Source: Gemmatimonadota bacterium (GTDB lineage: Bacteria > Gemmatimonadota > Gemmatimonadetes > Gemmatimonadales > GWC2-71-9). From it: a DNA stretch of 64,000 bases. A program made the position numbers and the translations under genes. Position 1 is the first letter of the stretch. Each line of letters starts with the position of its first letter. Shown piece by piece: positions 28,906-38,296 of the stretch. Location: assembly GCA_029862925.1 (NCBI GenBank), contig JAOTWJ010000003.1:429-64428 (forward strand). The letters are read 5' to 3'. The notes beneath the pieces are model-generated. The model was not told the DNA's origin, did not search any database, and saw nothing but the letters and a program-made list of their open reading frames with translations.

Positions 28906-29769
28906 ATGCAGATTGCCCCAAGGACCCCTACGATCGCCACGGTGCTCGAACCCCCGAGCCGTCCGCGTGTCGATGCCGCCGCCGGGGGGAAGTTCCGGAC
29001 CATCCACACGGAGTCCGTCGCGGAGGTGATCCGGGCCGTGCGCGAGCGCCCGGTCGACGCCGTGCTGCTCTCAGCCGGGTTTGTCCCGCGGGATCAGGTC
29101 CCGAGCGTCGCGAGCCTCGTCCACGGGTTCCCCGCCGTGTCCACGCTGGCCGTGGTGTCGCGCCACGATCCCCGGTCGACCGAACGGCTGCTCGACCTTG
29201 GCGCCTCAGGCGTGCGCCGGGTGCTCGATCTGAGCCAACGGGAGGGCTGGACGACCCTGCGCGAGCTGCTGGCGCGTCCCAACTCGCCGGCGGCGGCGGC
29301 CATTCTGGCCCGCGTCATCCCGGAGCTCGACGAGGCGCCCGACGACTGCCGGCTCTGTTTCCAGTCGCTGGTTCGTCTCGCGCCAAGCGTCCCGACGGTG
29401 CGAGGTCTGTGTCGGCACTTCGGACTGCAACCGAGCACGTTCATGTCACGGTTCTTCCGTGCCCGGTTGCCGTCACCCAAACAGTATCTCGCGCACGTTC
29501 GCCTGACCTATGTGGCGGCGTTGCTGGAGATGCGCGGCCTCTCGGTGTCGGACGTCGCCTATCGGCTCGAGTATTCGTCGCCGCAGAGCTTCGGCCGACA
29601 CCTTCGTGCCGTCACGGGGCTCACCGCGTCCGAGTTCCGACGCCGCACCAGCCTCGTATCCGCCATCGAGGGGCTCTGCGAGCGGCTGTTCACCCCGTAC
29701 CGGGCGACGCTGCGCGCCTTCCATCCTTTGAACCACAACGGGGTGGCGGCAGTCGGACGCGGCACGTAG
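28906..29769 (+). CDS. AraC-family regulator with receiver-like N-terminal domain
   Basis: SVSDVAYRLEYSSPQSFGRHLRAVTGLTASEFRR HTH; AGGAG SD. Confidence 0.85.
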   Translation: MQIAPRTPTIATVLEPPSRPRVDAAAGGKFRTIHTESVAEVIRAVRERPVDAVLLSAGFVPRDQVPSVASLVHGFPAVSTLAVVSRHDPRSTERLLDLGASGVRRVLDLSQREGWTTLRELLARPNSPAAAAILARVIPELDEAPDDCRLCFQSLVRLAPSVPTVRGLCRHFGLQPSTFMSRFFRARLPSPKQYLAHVRLTYVAALLEMRGLSVSDVAYRLEYSSPQSFGRHLRAVTGLTASEFRRRTSLVSAIEGLCERLFTPYRATLRAFHPLNHNGVAAVGRGT

Positions 29770-29785
29770 CCCGCCCGGGCGGGCT
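29768..29785. terminator. Palindrome between convergent AraC gene and pyrE
   Basis: AGCCCGCCCGGGCGGGCT perfect inverted repeat. Confidence 0.45.
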
Positions 29786-29791
29786 CGCGGC

Positions 29792-30352
29792 TCAGTCGCC
29801 GGAGAGGTCGGGGAGCCGAACGAGCGCGATCACGGGGTACCCGGCGGCCTCGATGGCCTGGCGGCCACCCTCCTCACGGTCTACCACCGCGAGCACGCCC
29901 ACGACCTGGCCGCCCGCTTCGGTGACCGCCGTGATTGCGGCCAGGGCGGAACCGCCGGTCGTGATCACGTCCTCGACCACCACGACCGTCGCGCCGGACC
30001 GGAACGGGCCCTCGAGGCGGCGTCCGGTCCCGTGCGCCTTGGCTTCCTTGCGCACCGTGAAGCCGTCGATCGTCGGCGGGGCGCGGTCGCTGGCGGCGGC
30101 GATCGCATACGCCACCGGATCCGCGCCGAGCGTCAGCCCACCGACCAGTGACGGAGTCCAGCCCGCCGTTCGGATGGCCTCCAGTCCCAGCGTACCCACG
30201 AGCGACAGACCGTGGGCGGACATCGTGGTGAGGCGGGCGTCGACGTAGTAGGACGAACGGCGCCCGGACGCGAGGGTGAACGTCCCCCGACGGAACGAGC
30301 GTTCGCGTAGCAGGGCGATCAACTCGGTCCGTGCGGGGGTCGGGGTCGTCAC
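29792..30352 (-). CDS. pyrE: Orotate phosphoribosyltransferase
   Basis: FTLASGRRSSYYVD, GLTLGADP, VRKEAKAHG, VVEDVITTGGS, VVDR. Confidence 0.96.
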   Translation of the reverse strand: MTTPTPARTELIALLRERSFRRGTFTLASGRRSSYYVDARLTTMSAHGLSLVGTLGLEAIRTAGWTPSLVGGLTLGADPVAYAIAAASDRAPPTIDGFTVRKEAKAHGTGRRLEGPFRSGATVVVVEDVITTGGSALAAITAVTEAGGQVVGVLAVVDREEGGRQAIEAAGYPVIALVRLPDLSGD

Positions 30353-31290
30353 GAGGCGGGTGGCTTCCGCCCGAGCAGCGAGCGGAGCGACCCGAGCAGG
30401 CCCCCGGCGGCCGGCGGTGACTCGGACGCCGCCGCCGCCGCCGGCCCGTCGCGAGCGGCCCGCGCGAGCTCCGCGGCGAAGGCCTCCACCGCAGGATGCC
30501 GTTCGGCGGGCTCGCGGGAGAGCGCCTTCATTACGACGGCCTCGATGGCGGGAGACAACCGGCTCCCGGCCGGAGTGGTCCGCAGCGGCGCCGGCGGCTC
30601 GGTGAGCAGCGCCTGGAAGACCTCGCGCGGCGAGCGGCCGGCGTACGGATGTTCCTTGGTGAGCAGGAAGTACGCGATCGTCGCGAGGCTGTAGATGTCC
30701 GCCGCTTCGTCCACCAGCGCGCCCGAGAGCGCCTCCGGGGCGACGTAATTGAGGCTGCCCACGAAGAACCCGGTGCGCGTGAGGCGTTCCTGCTCCGGCT
30801 GCTGCTGGTCCCGCGCGATGCCGAAGTCGAGCAGCTTGACCACCCCGCTGGCGGGATCGTAGATGATGTTCTCGGGCTTGAGGTCCCGATGGATGATGCC
30901 CTCGGCGTGCGCGGCCGCCAGGGCGCCGGCGAGTTGGCTGATGATCGGCGCCACGACCCCCGGCGCGAGGGGGCCGTTGCGCTGCGCGTAGTCGGCAAGC
31001 GACTCCCCCTCCGCCCATTCCAGCGCGAGGTAGTAGAGGCTGTCCTCCTCCCCATACTCGTACGTGGAAACGACGTTGGCGTGCTGGACCCGGGCCCCGT
31101 AGCCCGCTTCCCGCAAGAAGCGCTTCACGGCCACGGGATCGGACCGCGAGCGCTGCCGGAGGATCTTCACGGCGCACTGGCCGCGCTCGGGGTGTTCGGC
31201 GCGATAGACGGTGGCCGTCCCGCCTTCCCCGATGCGCTCGAGGAGGCGGTACGTCGCAATCGTGCGACCGGCGAGGTTCTCAGCGGGCAT
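30349..31290 (-). CDS. Hanks-type Ser/Thr protein kinase (soluble)
   Basis: IGEGGTATVY, AVK, HRDLKPEN, DFG, YVAPE, DIYSL; no TM segment. Confidence 0.93.
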   Translation of the reverse strand: MPAENLAGRTIATYRLLERIGEGGTATVYRAEHPERGQCAVKILRQRSRSDPVAVKRFLREAGYGARVQHANVVSTYEYGEEDSLYYLALEWAEGESLADYAQRNGPLAPGVVAPIISQLAGALAAAHAEGIIHRDLKPENIIYDPASGVVKLLDFGIARDQQQPEQERLTRTGFFVGSLNYVAPEALSGALVDEAADIYSLATIAYFLLTKEHPYAGRSPREVFQALLTEPPAPLRTTPAGSRLSPAIEAVVMKALSREPAERHPAVEAFAAELARAARDGPAAAAASESPPAAGGLLGSLRSLLGRKPPAS

Positions 31291-31349
31291 GGCGCCCGAA
31301 ACTACTGCCCGGTCTTGAACTCCTGCAAGTCGGGGGCTTAGATACCAGC

Positions 31350-32720
31350 ATGGGCCCCCTCCTTCGGCGCGCCGCGCTCGCACCCACGCTCGTGACGGTC
31401 GCCGCTACCGCGGCCTGCCAATGGCAGCGTGTGGGCAGTGACACACGGCCCGACCCGTCGGTCGTTGTGCCGCAGTTGTTCAATCCGGCGGCGCTATACA
31501 CCCGGATGGGCTTCTTCGCGGCGGGTCCCCCCCTGCCGTTCGTCGCGAGCCTGCAGTACCTGGCGACGTCGTCGCCCGACACCACGCTGGCGCTGTTCGG
31601 GCTCTCCATGGCGAACAGTGCCTTGTCGTTCCGGCAGGCCGGACAGGCCCTGGAAGCGCGCTACCAGGCGGAGGTCGTGCTCCGGCGGGCCGGCAGTGTC
31701 CTCGCCCGGGCCGTCTCCGAAGAAACCGTCCGGGTCGCGTCCCGAGACGAGGCGCGCCGCGCAGACGAGAGCGTGATCTTCCAGCAGTTCCTTCAGGTCC
31801 CGCCGGGGGCGTACGATGCGGTCGTGACGGTGCGAGACGAATACGGTACGTCCGTGGGTCGTGCCGAGCGCCAGATCGGCGTGCCGCGCGTGGGTCCCCG
31901 CGGACTCTCCGACGTCGTTGCCGTCTATCGCGTGGAGCCGCGCGGGGCGCGAACCGAGGCCCCGCGGGTCTTGCTGAACCCGCGCGCCACGGTGCCCTTC
32001 GGCCTCGATACCCTCCGGCTGTATCTCGAGGGCTACGGGTATCCGGCGGGGACGCCGGTGGCCGTGCGGGTGACGGTCGACGGCGGCCGCGAAGTGTGGT
32101 CGGGCGAGGTGGCCCTCGCGGGGACGCCGCAACTGGGCGCGGCGGTGGTCACGCTCAGTCCCGACCAGTTGCCGGTCGGCGAGCTTCGCGCCGTTGCCCG
32201 CGTCGAGGCCACGCAGGACTCCTCCCGGGTTGCCGCGGCGCTGGTGAGCTTCTCGGAGCAGTGGGCGATCACCAACTTCGATGAAGTGCTGTCGCTGCTG
32301 CGGTATTTCGGACAGGACCGGGCCATCGGCGAGATGCGCGCCGCCGATCCGGTGGAGCGGCCCGCCCTCTGGCGGACCTTCTGGCGGGCGACCGATCCCA
32401 ACCCCCTCACCCCGCAGAACGAGGCCCTGGAGCTCTACTTCCGCCGCGTCCAAGAGGCGAATGCCCGCTTCCGCGAGACCGGAGACGCGGGCTGGCTGAC
32501 CGACCGGGGTGAGGTGTTTATCACGCTCGGCGAGCCGGACGAGATCTTCGACTCCAGTTCCGACCTCCAAGGCACGCGCCGCATCGTCCGCTGGAACTAT
32601 CTGGGCCAGCGGCTCACCCTCGATTTCGTGGACGACACGGGCTTCGGCCGCTTCCGTCTCACCCCGACGTCGCGCGCGGAGTATCAGCGCGTGCTGAACA
32701 GCATCCGGAGCCGCAACTGA
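31350..32720 (+). CDS. GWxTD domain lipoprotein
   Basis: TAAC lipobox; FWRATDPNP..NE..YFRRV..AN..GWLTDRGEVFITLGEPD. Confidence 0.88.
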   Translation: MGPLLRRAALAPTLVTVAATAACQWQRVGSDTRPDPSVVVPQLFNPAALYTRMGFFAAGPPLPFVASLQYLATSSPDTTLALFGLSMANSALSFRQAGQALEARYQAEVVLRRAGSVLARAVSEETVRVASRDEARRADESVIFQQFLQVPPGAYDAVVTVRDEYGTSVGRAERQIGVPRVGPRGLSDVVAVYRVEPRGARTEAPRVLLNPRATVPFGLDTLRLYLEGYGYPAGTPVAVRVTVDGGREVWSGEVALAGTPQLGAAVVTLSPDQLPVGELRAVARVEATQDSSRVAAALVSFSEQWAITNFDEVLSLLRYFGQDRAIGEMRAADPVERPALWRTFWRATDPNPLTPQNEALELYFRRVQEANARFRETGDAGWLTDRGEVFITLGEPDEIFDSSSDLQGTRRIVRWNYLGQRLTLDFVDDTGFGRFRLTPTSRAEYQRVLNSIRSRN

Positions 32721-32728
32721 ACACCTGG

Positions 32729-34876
32729 GTGCGCGTCGTGGTTGGAGCCCTGCTGATGCTCCGAGCCGCTGCCGTCTCCGCCCAGGACGGCGCGGTGTGG
32801 CCCTGGCGGGTGACGGAGCCGTGGCACGTCGCGCAGGCGTGGCGCGCCGCAGGCACGCCGGCCGGGCTCCGCCCGGCGCCGGCGGAAGCCGTGGTGGCCG
32901 AACTGGCCATCGGTCGCACGGCGCAGGCCCGTCTCCTCCTGGAGCGTCACGAGCAGCAGTTCGACGCGACGACGCGGCTCGCCCTCGGGGGCATGGTGGC
33001 GGTGCGGGAAGGTCGTTCGCGCCGCGCTGCGCGGGCGTTTGCCGATGCGAGTGCGCTGGCGGCTGGGCGGATGGCCGGCGTGCTCGCCGCCCGCGCGGCG
33101 GCGCAATTCGACGCCGACGGCCAGAACGACAGTGCGGCGCGCTATTACGAGCGGGCCCGCGCCCTGCTGCCCGAGCTCGCGGGGTGGCTCGCTCTACGGG
33201 AAGCGAGTGTCCGGTCGGACAGTGCCCAGGTGGAGGCGCTGTTGACGTACGTCCCGGCGATCGCGGCCGGCGTCGCCGACGCAATCCGGGCACGCGTCCG
33301 CCTGGAGATGGGCGACATGGCGGGGGCCGAGCGCCATCTCGCGCGCGCCGGACAACCCGCCCGCGCCGCAGAGCTCGCCCTCGCCCGCCGGGACTCCGCG
33401 GCGGCCCGCGCGTATGCCCGCGCGGCGCTCGCCGGGACGGATACCGCCGACCTGCGCATTGCGCTGACACTCTGGCGCGAGCACCTCGCTCCGCGCGATG
33501 AAGGGGAGTGGGTGGCGCTGGCCCGCGCTGCCGCACGCCGCGGGGAGTGGCGCACCGCGGTGGACGCCGCCGCTGCGGCGGTCAGCGCGGGCGACAGCAC
33601 CGTGGAGACGCTCCTGGCCTGGGGTGAATGGCTCGAGCGCGCGGGGCGGCGCCGGGAGTCGCTCGGCGCGTATGCGCTGGCCGGCCGGGCCGGGGAGTTC
33701 CCCCGCGCCCGCGCCCTGCTCCGACTCGGCGCGCGCGCTGATGCGGATCGCGCCCTTCGGGCGTTCGCCGACGCACATCCCGATGATCCCGCTGCGCCGG
33801 GCGCGCTCTACCTGGCCGGCGACCTGACCGGCAGCGACGGCGTGCTCGAGGCCGTGGCGCGCAGGTGGCCGGCCCACGAGTACGCGTCGCGCGCGCGGCT
33901 CCGGCTGGCCCGCGCGGCGCTCGCTGCCGCGGACTCGGCCGGCGCGCAACGCCAGTACGATGCCGAGATTGCCGCGGGCGGAGGGGAGGCGATGGCGGCG
34001 CGCTTCCATCGCGCGCGGCTCCGCATCGCCGCCCGAGACCCGGGCGGACGCGAGGCGCTGGCATCGGTCGCCCGCGCCGATTCGTTGGGATACTACGGCG
34101 TGGTAGCCCGGGCACTGCTCCAGTTGCCCGCGCCCACCGTCGCGCCGCCGCTGCCGCGGACCCCGGCCCCGGCGGCCCGCGCCGTGCTCGAGCAGCTCGC
34201 CCTGCTCGACGCGGCGGGACTGGAATCCGAAGCCGGACTGTTGCTCGGCGACATGCTCGAGCGGGCGTGGAACGACCCCGACACGATGCTCGATGTCGCG
34301 GATGGCCTCGTCACCCAGGGACGCGCGAACCTCGCCATCCGGCTCGGCTGGCGCGCGGCGGGCCAGCTGACGTTCAATCACCCGCGCGTCTTGCGGGCGA
34401 TCTACCCCTGGCCCGATCGGGAGCTCGTGGAGGCGGAAGCGGCGAAAGCCGACCTCGATCCGTACCTCGTCGCCGGACTGATTCGCCAGGAATCGTGGTT
34501 TCTGGCGACGGCCCGATCCCGGACGGGAGCCCAGGGCTACATGCAACTCATGCCCGCCACGGCGCGCGAGGTGGCACGGCGGCTCGCCGTCCCGTGGGCC
34601 GACGGCATGGCCACCGTGGCCGATGCCAACATCCACCTGGGCGCGACGCATCTGGCGGGCCTCCTCCGGCGCTACGGCGGCGCCACCGTGCCGGCACTGG
34701 CGGCGTACAACGCGGGAGGGACGCCGGTGAGCCGCTGGCTCCGGCGCACGCCGGCCGCCGACCCCGTACGCTTCGTCGAGGAAATCAGTTACCCCGAGAC
34801 GCAGGGATATGTCCGGTCCGTGCTCCGTCACCGCACGATCTACCGCGCCCTGTACCCGCCGGCGACGGACCCCTGA
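32729..34876 (+). CDS. slt: Soluble lytic transglycosylase (Slt-like, TPR + SLT)
   Basis: IRQES, GYMQLMP, AAYNAG, EEISYPETQGYV; helical repeat N-term. Confidence 0.88.
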   Translation: MRVVVGALLMLRAAAVSAQDGAVWPWRVTEPWHVAQAWRAAGTPAGLRPAPAEAVVAELAIGRTAQARLLLERHEQQFDATTRLALGGMVAVREGRSRRAARAFADASALAAGRMAGVLAARAAAQFDADGQNDSAARYYERARALLPELAGWLALREASVRSDSAQVEALLTYVPAIAAGVADAIRARVRLEMGDMAGAERHLARAGQPARAAELALARRDSAAARAYARAALAGTDTADLRIALTLWREHLAPRDEGEWVALARAAARRGEWRTAVDAAAAAVSAGDSTVETLLAWGEWLERAGRRRESLGAYALAGRAGEFPRARALLRLGARADADRALRAFADAHPDDPAAPGALYLAGDLTGSDGVLEAVARRWPAHEYASRARLRLARAALAAADSAGAQRQYDAEIAAGGGEAMAARFHRARLRIAARDPGGREALASVARADSLGYYGVVARALLQLPAPTVAPPLPRTPAPAARAVLEQLALLDAAGLESEAGLLLGDMLERAWNDPDTMLDVADGLVTQGRANLAIRLGWRAAGQLTFNHPRVLRAIYPWPDRELVEAEAAKADLDPYLVAGLIRQESWFLATARSRTGAQGYMQLMPATAREVARRLAVPWADGMATVADANIHLGATHLAGLLRRYGGATVPALAAYNAGGTPVSRWLRRTPAADPVRFVEEISYPETQGYVRSVLRHRTIYRALYPPATDP

Positions 34877-34894
34877 AGCCGTCGCCGGGCACGC

Positions 34895-34924
34895 TTGACA
34901 CGCGGCGAGTCGCGATGCCACAAT
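34895..34924 (+). promoter_or_regulatory. Sigma70-type promoter of csp gene
   Basis: TTGACA-N18-CACAAT with TG extension. Confidence 0.6.
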
Positions 34925-34956
34925 AGCCCGTCGTCACCTTCCAGGAGGCCGGAGCG

Positions 34957-35154
34957 ATGCGGGGGACGGTGAAGTGGTTCAACGACGCCAAGGGCTACGG
35001 GTTTATCGCACAGGACACGGGGGAGGACGTGTTCGTCCACTTCTCCGTGATCCAGATGGAGGGGTTCCGCACCCTCCGTGAGGGCCAGGACGTCGAGTAC
35101 GACGTCGAAGCTCGTGACCGCGGCCTGTACGCCAAGAACGTCGTATCGGTCTGA
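34957..35154 (+). CDS. Cold-shock domain protein
   Basis: [34 protein letters not shown]. Confidence 0.97.
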   Translation: MRGTVKWFNDAKGYGFIAQDTGEDVFVHFSVIQMEGFRTLREGQDVEYDVEARDRGLYAKNVVSV

Positions 35155-35180
35155 CGCCGGGCTTCGCCCGGGAGTGTGCG

Positions 35181-35214
35181 CGCCCCGCCTCCGTCCTGCG
35201 CAGGCGGGGCGTTT
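35181..35214 (+). terminator. Intrinsic terminator after csp
   Basis: CGCCCCGCCT...AGGCGGGGCG followed by TTT. Confidence 0.7.
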
Positions 35215-35239
35215 GCGTTGCGATTAAGTTGTTCCGACG

Positions 35240-37978
35240 ATGGCCCACGCCGCGCGCCCACGGCTCTTTCTCGTCGACGGATACGCGCTGATCTACCGGG
35301 CGTTCTTCGCCATGATCGGCCGCCCCCTCACCACCAGCAACGGCGAGAACACGTCCGTGGCCTGGGGCGTCGCGAACTTCCTCCTCCGCCTGGTACGCGC
35401 CCATCATCCCGAGTACCTCGCTTGGGTCCACGACGCCGGGACCTCGTTTCGCCACGAGGTGTTCCCCGAGTACAAGGCCACGCGGGAGAAGCTCGAGCCC
35501 GAGCTCCAGGAGGTGTTCGACCACTCGATCGAGCGGGTCGAACAGCTCCTCACGGCGTTCCGCGTGCCGCTCATCGCCGAGGAGGGGTATGAAGCGGACG
35601 ATGTCATCGGCACGTTGGCCCAGCGGGCGGTCGATCACGGGTGGGACGCGGTCATCATTTCGGGCGACAAGGACTTCTACCAACTCGTCTCGGCGCACAT
35701 CGCGCTGCTCAACCCGGGGCGCGGCGGACCGGCGGCCGTGGACGAGATGTGGGTGGATGCCAGCAACGCCGCCGAGCGCCTCGGCGTCCCCCCGGAACGG
35801 GTCGTGGACTACCTCGCGCTCGTGGGGGATGCGTCCGACAACGTGCCCGGCGTCCGCGGGGTGGGGGACAAGACGGCGCGGGCGCTGATCGAGGCGTACG
35901 GCGATCTCGACAACATCCTGGGTCACGCGAGCGAGGTGACCGGGAAGCGCCCGCGGGAAGCACTGCTCGCCCACGCCGACAACGCGCGCCTTTCCCGTGA
36001 GCTGGTCACGATCCGGCGCGATGTGCCGGTGCGCGGCGACCTGGCCGCGCTTGCCGCCGCCGCGCCGGACCGTGAGGCGCTGGCGGCGCTCTTCACGGAG
36101 CTTGAGTTCCACTCGCTCATCCCGCAGCTCGCGGCACCCGCACCGCCGACACCGCCCACGCGCGATCTCGTCACCGACCCCGCGTCGCTGCCCGCGGTGG
36201 TGGCCACCCTGCGGCGCGAGGCGCCGATCGCGGTCGCTACGCTCGCCGACGGGCCAGATCGGCGCTCCGCGCGACTGGTCGGGCTCTGCCTCGCGGGGAC
36301 GGCGCAGGGCTTCTACTTCCCGTTCGCCCACCGGGCGCCGGCGGAGCTCGGCGCCACCGATCCGGAGAACCTGCCACCGCTCAGTGACCCCGCGCTGCGA
36401 CCGCTCCGGGACGTGCTGAGCGATCCGGCGGTGCCCAAGCTGGGCCATGACGTCAAGGCAGACTGCCTCACGCTGCGTGGCGCCGCGGTCGACCTCGCGG
36501 GAGTCGAGGGGGACACGATGGTGGCGGGGTTCCTGCTCGAGCCGGGCAAGCGCAGCTACGCGCTGGACGTCCTGGCCCTCGAGCGCCTCGGCCAACAGGT
36601 CTCGACGCCCGCCGACCTGCTGGGCCGGGGGCGGTCGGAGCGCCCGGCGCCGGAAGTGGCGCCCGCAGAGGCCGGGCAGGTGTTGGCGGCGGCCACACGC
36701 GCGGTCCACCGACTGGCCGCGGCCATGGAGCCCGAGCTCGCTAGCGCCGGGCTGGATGGGCTCCTGCGGGAGATCGAGCTCCCGCTAATCCGCGTGCTGG
36801 TGGAAATGGAGTGGCGCGGCATTGCCGTGGATCTCGAAGGGCTCGCGGCCCTGTCCCGCCGTTTCGGGGAAGAGCTGCAGGATCTCGAACGGCGCATCCA
36901 TGCCGACGCCGGGATGGACTTCAACATCAACAGCACGCCACAGCTGCGGCACGTGCTGTTCGAAAAGCTCCAGTTGCCGATCATCAAGAAGACCAAGACC
37001 GGCGCGTCGACGGATGCCGATGTGCTCGCGCAGCTGGCCGAGATGGGCTTCACGACGCCGGCCCTGCTGCTCGAGTACCGCGAGCTCACGAAGCTGCGGT
37101 CGACCTACGTGGACGTGCTGCCGCAGCGCGTGAACCCGGCCACCGGCCGCATCCACACGACCTTCAACCAGGCCGGAGCGGCGACGGGCCGGCTGTCGTC
37201 CGCCGACCCGAATCTGCAAAACATCCCTGTGCGGACGGCACGCGGAGAAGAAATTCGCCGCTGCTTCGTCGCCGCCCCTGGCCATCGGCTGGTCGTCGCG
37301 GACTACTCGCAGATCGAGCTGCGCGTGCTGGCCCATCTCTCCGAGGACAAGGCGTTCATCACCGCGTTCGGGCGGGGCGGTGACATCCACCGCGAGACGG
37401 CGGCAATCATCTTCGATGTGCCGGTCGGGACGGTGACGCCGGAGATGCGGGCGCGCGCGAAGACGATCAACTTCGCGACGATCTACGGGCAGGGCGCCTT
37501 CGCGCTGAGCGGGCAGCTGGGCATTTCCCAGGACGAGGCGCGCGCGTTCATCGCCACGTATTTCGAGCGGTTTGCCGGGGTCCGCCGGTTTCTGGACGAC
37601 ACGGTCGAGCGCGCCAGGGCGCAGGGGTTCGTCGAAACGCTGTTCGGCCGGCGACGCTACATTCCGGAGTTGCAGGACCGCAACCGGAACGTCCGCGCAT
37701 TCGGCGAACGGACGGCGATGAACTCGCCGATGCAGGGTTCGGCGGCCGATCTCATCAAGATCGCGATGATCAGGTTGGCGGAGGCCCTGCGGGACGCGGG
37801 CCTGCGTGCGGGCCTGCTGCTCCAGGTGCACGACGAGCTCGTGCTGGAGGCACCCGACGACGAGGTGCAAAGGGTGCGGGCGTTGGTGCGCGAGCACATG
37901 GAGGGCGCGGCGCGCCTCCGGGTGCCGCTCGTGGCGGACGTCAGCGAGGGCGACAACTGGATGGACGCAAAGCCGTGA
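35240..37978 (+). CDS. polA: DNA polymerase I
   Basis: LVDGYALIYRAF, YKATR, EADD, TGRLSS.DPNLQNIP, ADYSQIELR, KTINF..IYG, LQVHDEL. Confidence 0.98.
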   Translation: MAHAARPRLFLVDGYALIYRAFFAMIGRPLTTSNGENTSVAWGVANFLLRLVRAHHPEYLAWVHDAGTSFRHEVFPEYKATREKLEPELQEVFDHSIERVEQLLTAFRVPLIAEEGYEADDVIGTLAQRAVDHGWDAVIISGDKDFYQLVSAHIALLNPGRGGPAAVDEMWVDASNAAERLGVPPERVVDYLALVGDASDNVPGVRGVGDKTARALIEAYGDLDNILGHASEVTGKRPREALLAHADNARLSRELVTIRRDVPVRGDLAALAAAAPDREALAALFTELEFHSLIPQLAAPAPPTPPTRDLVTDPASLPAVVATLRREAPIAVATLADGPDRRSARLVGLCLAGTAQGFYFPFAHRAPAELGATDPENLPPLSDPALRPLRDVLSDPAVPKLGHDVKADCLTLRGAAVDLAGVEGDTMVAGFLLEPGKRSYALDVLALERLGQQVSTPADLLGRGRSERPAPEVAPAEAGQVLAAATRAVHRLAAAMEPELASAGLDGLLREIELPLIRVLVEMEWRGIAVDLEGLAALSRRFGEELQDLERRIHADAGMDFNINSTPQLRHVLFEKLQLPIIKKTKTGASTDADVLAQLAEMGFTTPALLLEYRELTKLRSTYVDVLPQRVNPATGRIHTTFNQAGAATGRLSSADPNLQNIPVRTARGEEIRRCFVAAPGHRLVVADYSQIELRVLAHLSEDKAFITAFGRGGDIHRETAAIIFDVPVGTVTPEMRARAKTINFATIYGQGAFALSGQLGISQDEARAFIATYFERFAGVRRFLDDTVERARAQGFVETLFGRRRYIPELQDRNRNVRAFGERTAMNSPMQGSAADLIKIAMIRLAEALRDAGLRAGLLLQVHDELVLEAPDDEVQRVRALVREHMEGAARLRVPLVADVSEGDNWMDAKP

Positions 37979-38280
37979 GCGGCTGGCGCGAGTTCGGGCT
38001 CTGGCGGGACGGCGTGGCGTACGCGCTCGACGGCGGGCTGTGGCTCCATCGCTTCTCGCTGTCGGGGGAGCCGTGGGCCCACCTCGTGTCCGCCAACCGC
38101 GGCGCGCTGCTGCACGCCGGGGGACTGCTCGACCTGCCGTCCCACTGGTTGCAGTATCGGCCACTCAAGGACCCCCGCTCCGCGGAGCGGGTAGATGCCT
38201 GGCACTGGGACCTGCGGCGCGATCGGCTTGCACGGGCGCTCGCCCTGGCGGCGCCCAAGGTCCCCTACCGTCGGCCCTGA
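37975..38280 (+). CDS. DUF4031-like small protein
   Basis: WAHLVS...WLQ...HWDL pattern; GTGA overlap with polA. Confidence 0.6.
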   Translation: MSGWREFGLWRDGVAYALDGGLWLHRFSLSGEPWAHLVSANRGALLHAGGLLDLPSHWLQYRPLKDPRSAERVDAWHWDLRRDRLARALALAAPKVPYRRP

Positions 38281-38296
38281 TTGCGGAGCCCACGCC

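Noticed and set aside
34925..34956. cspA-type thermosensor 5' UTR
   Set aside because: Predicted leader is only about 25 nt, too short for the long cold-shock UTR
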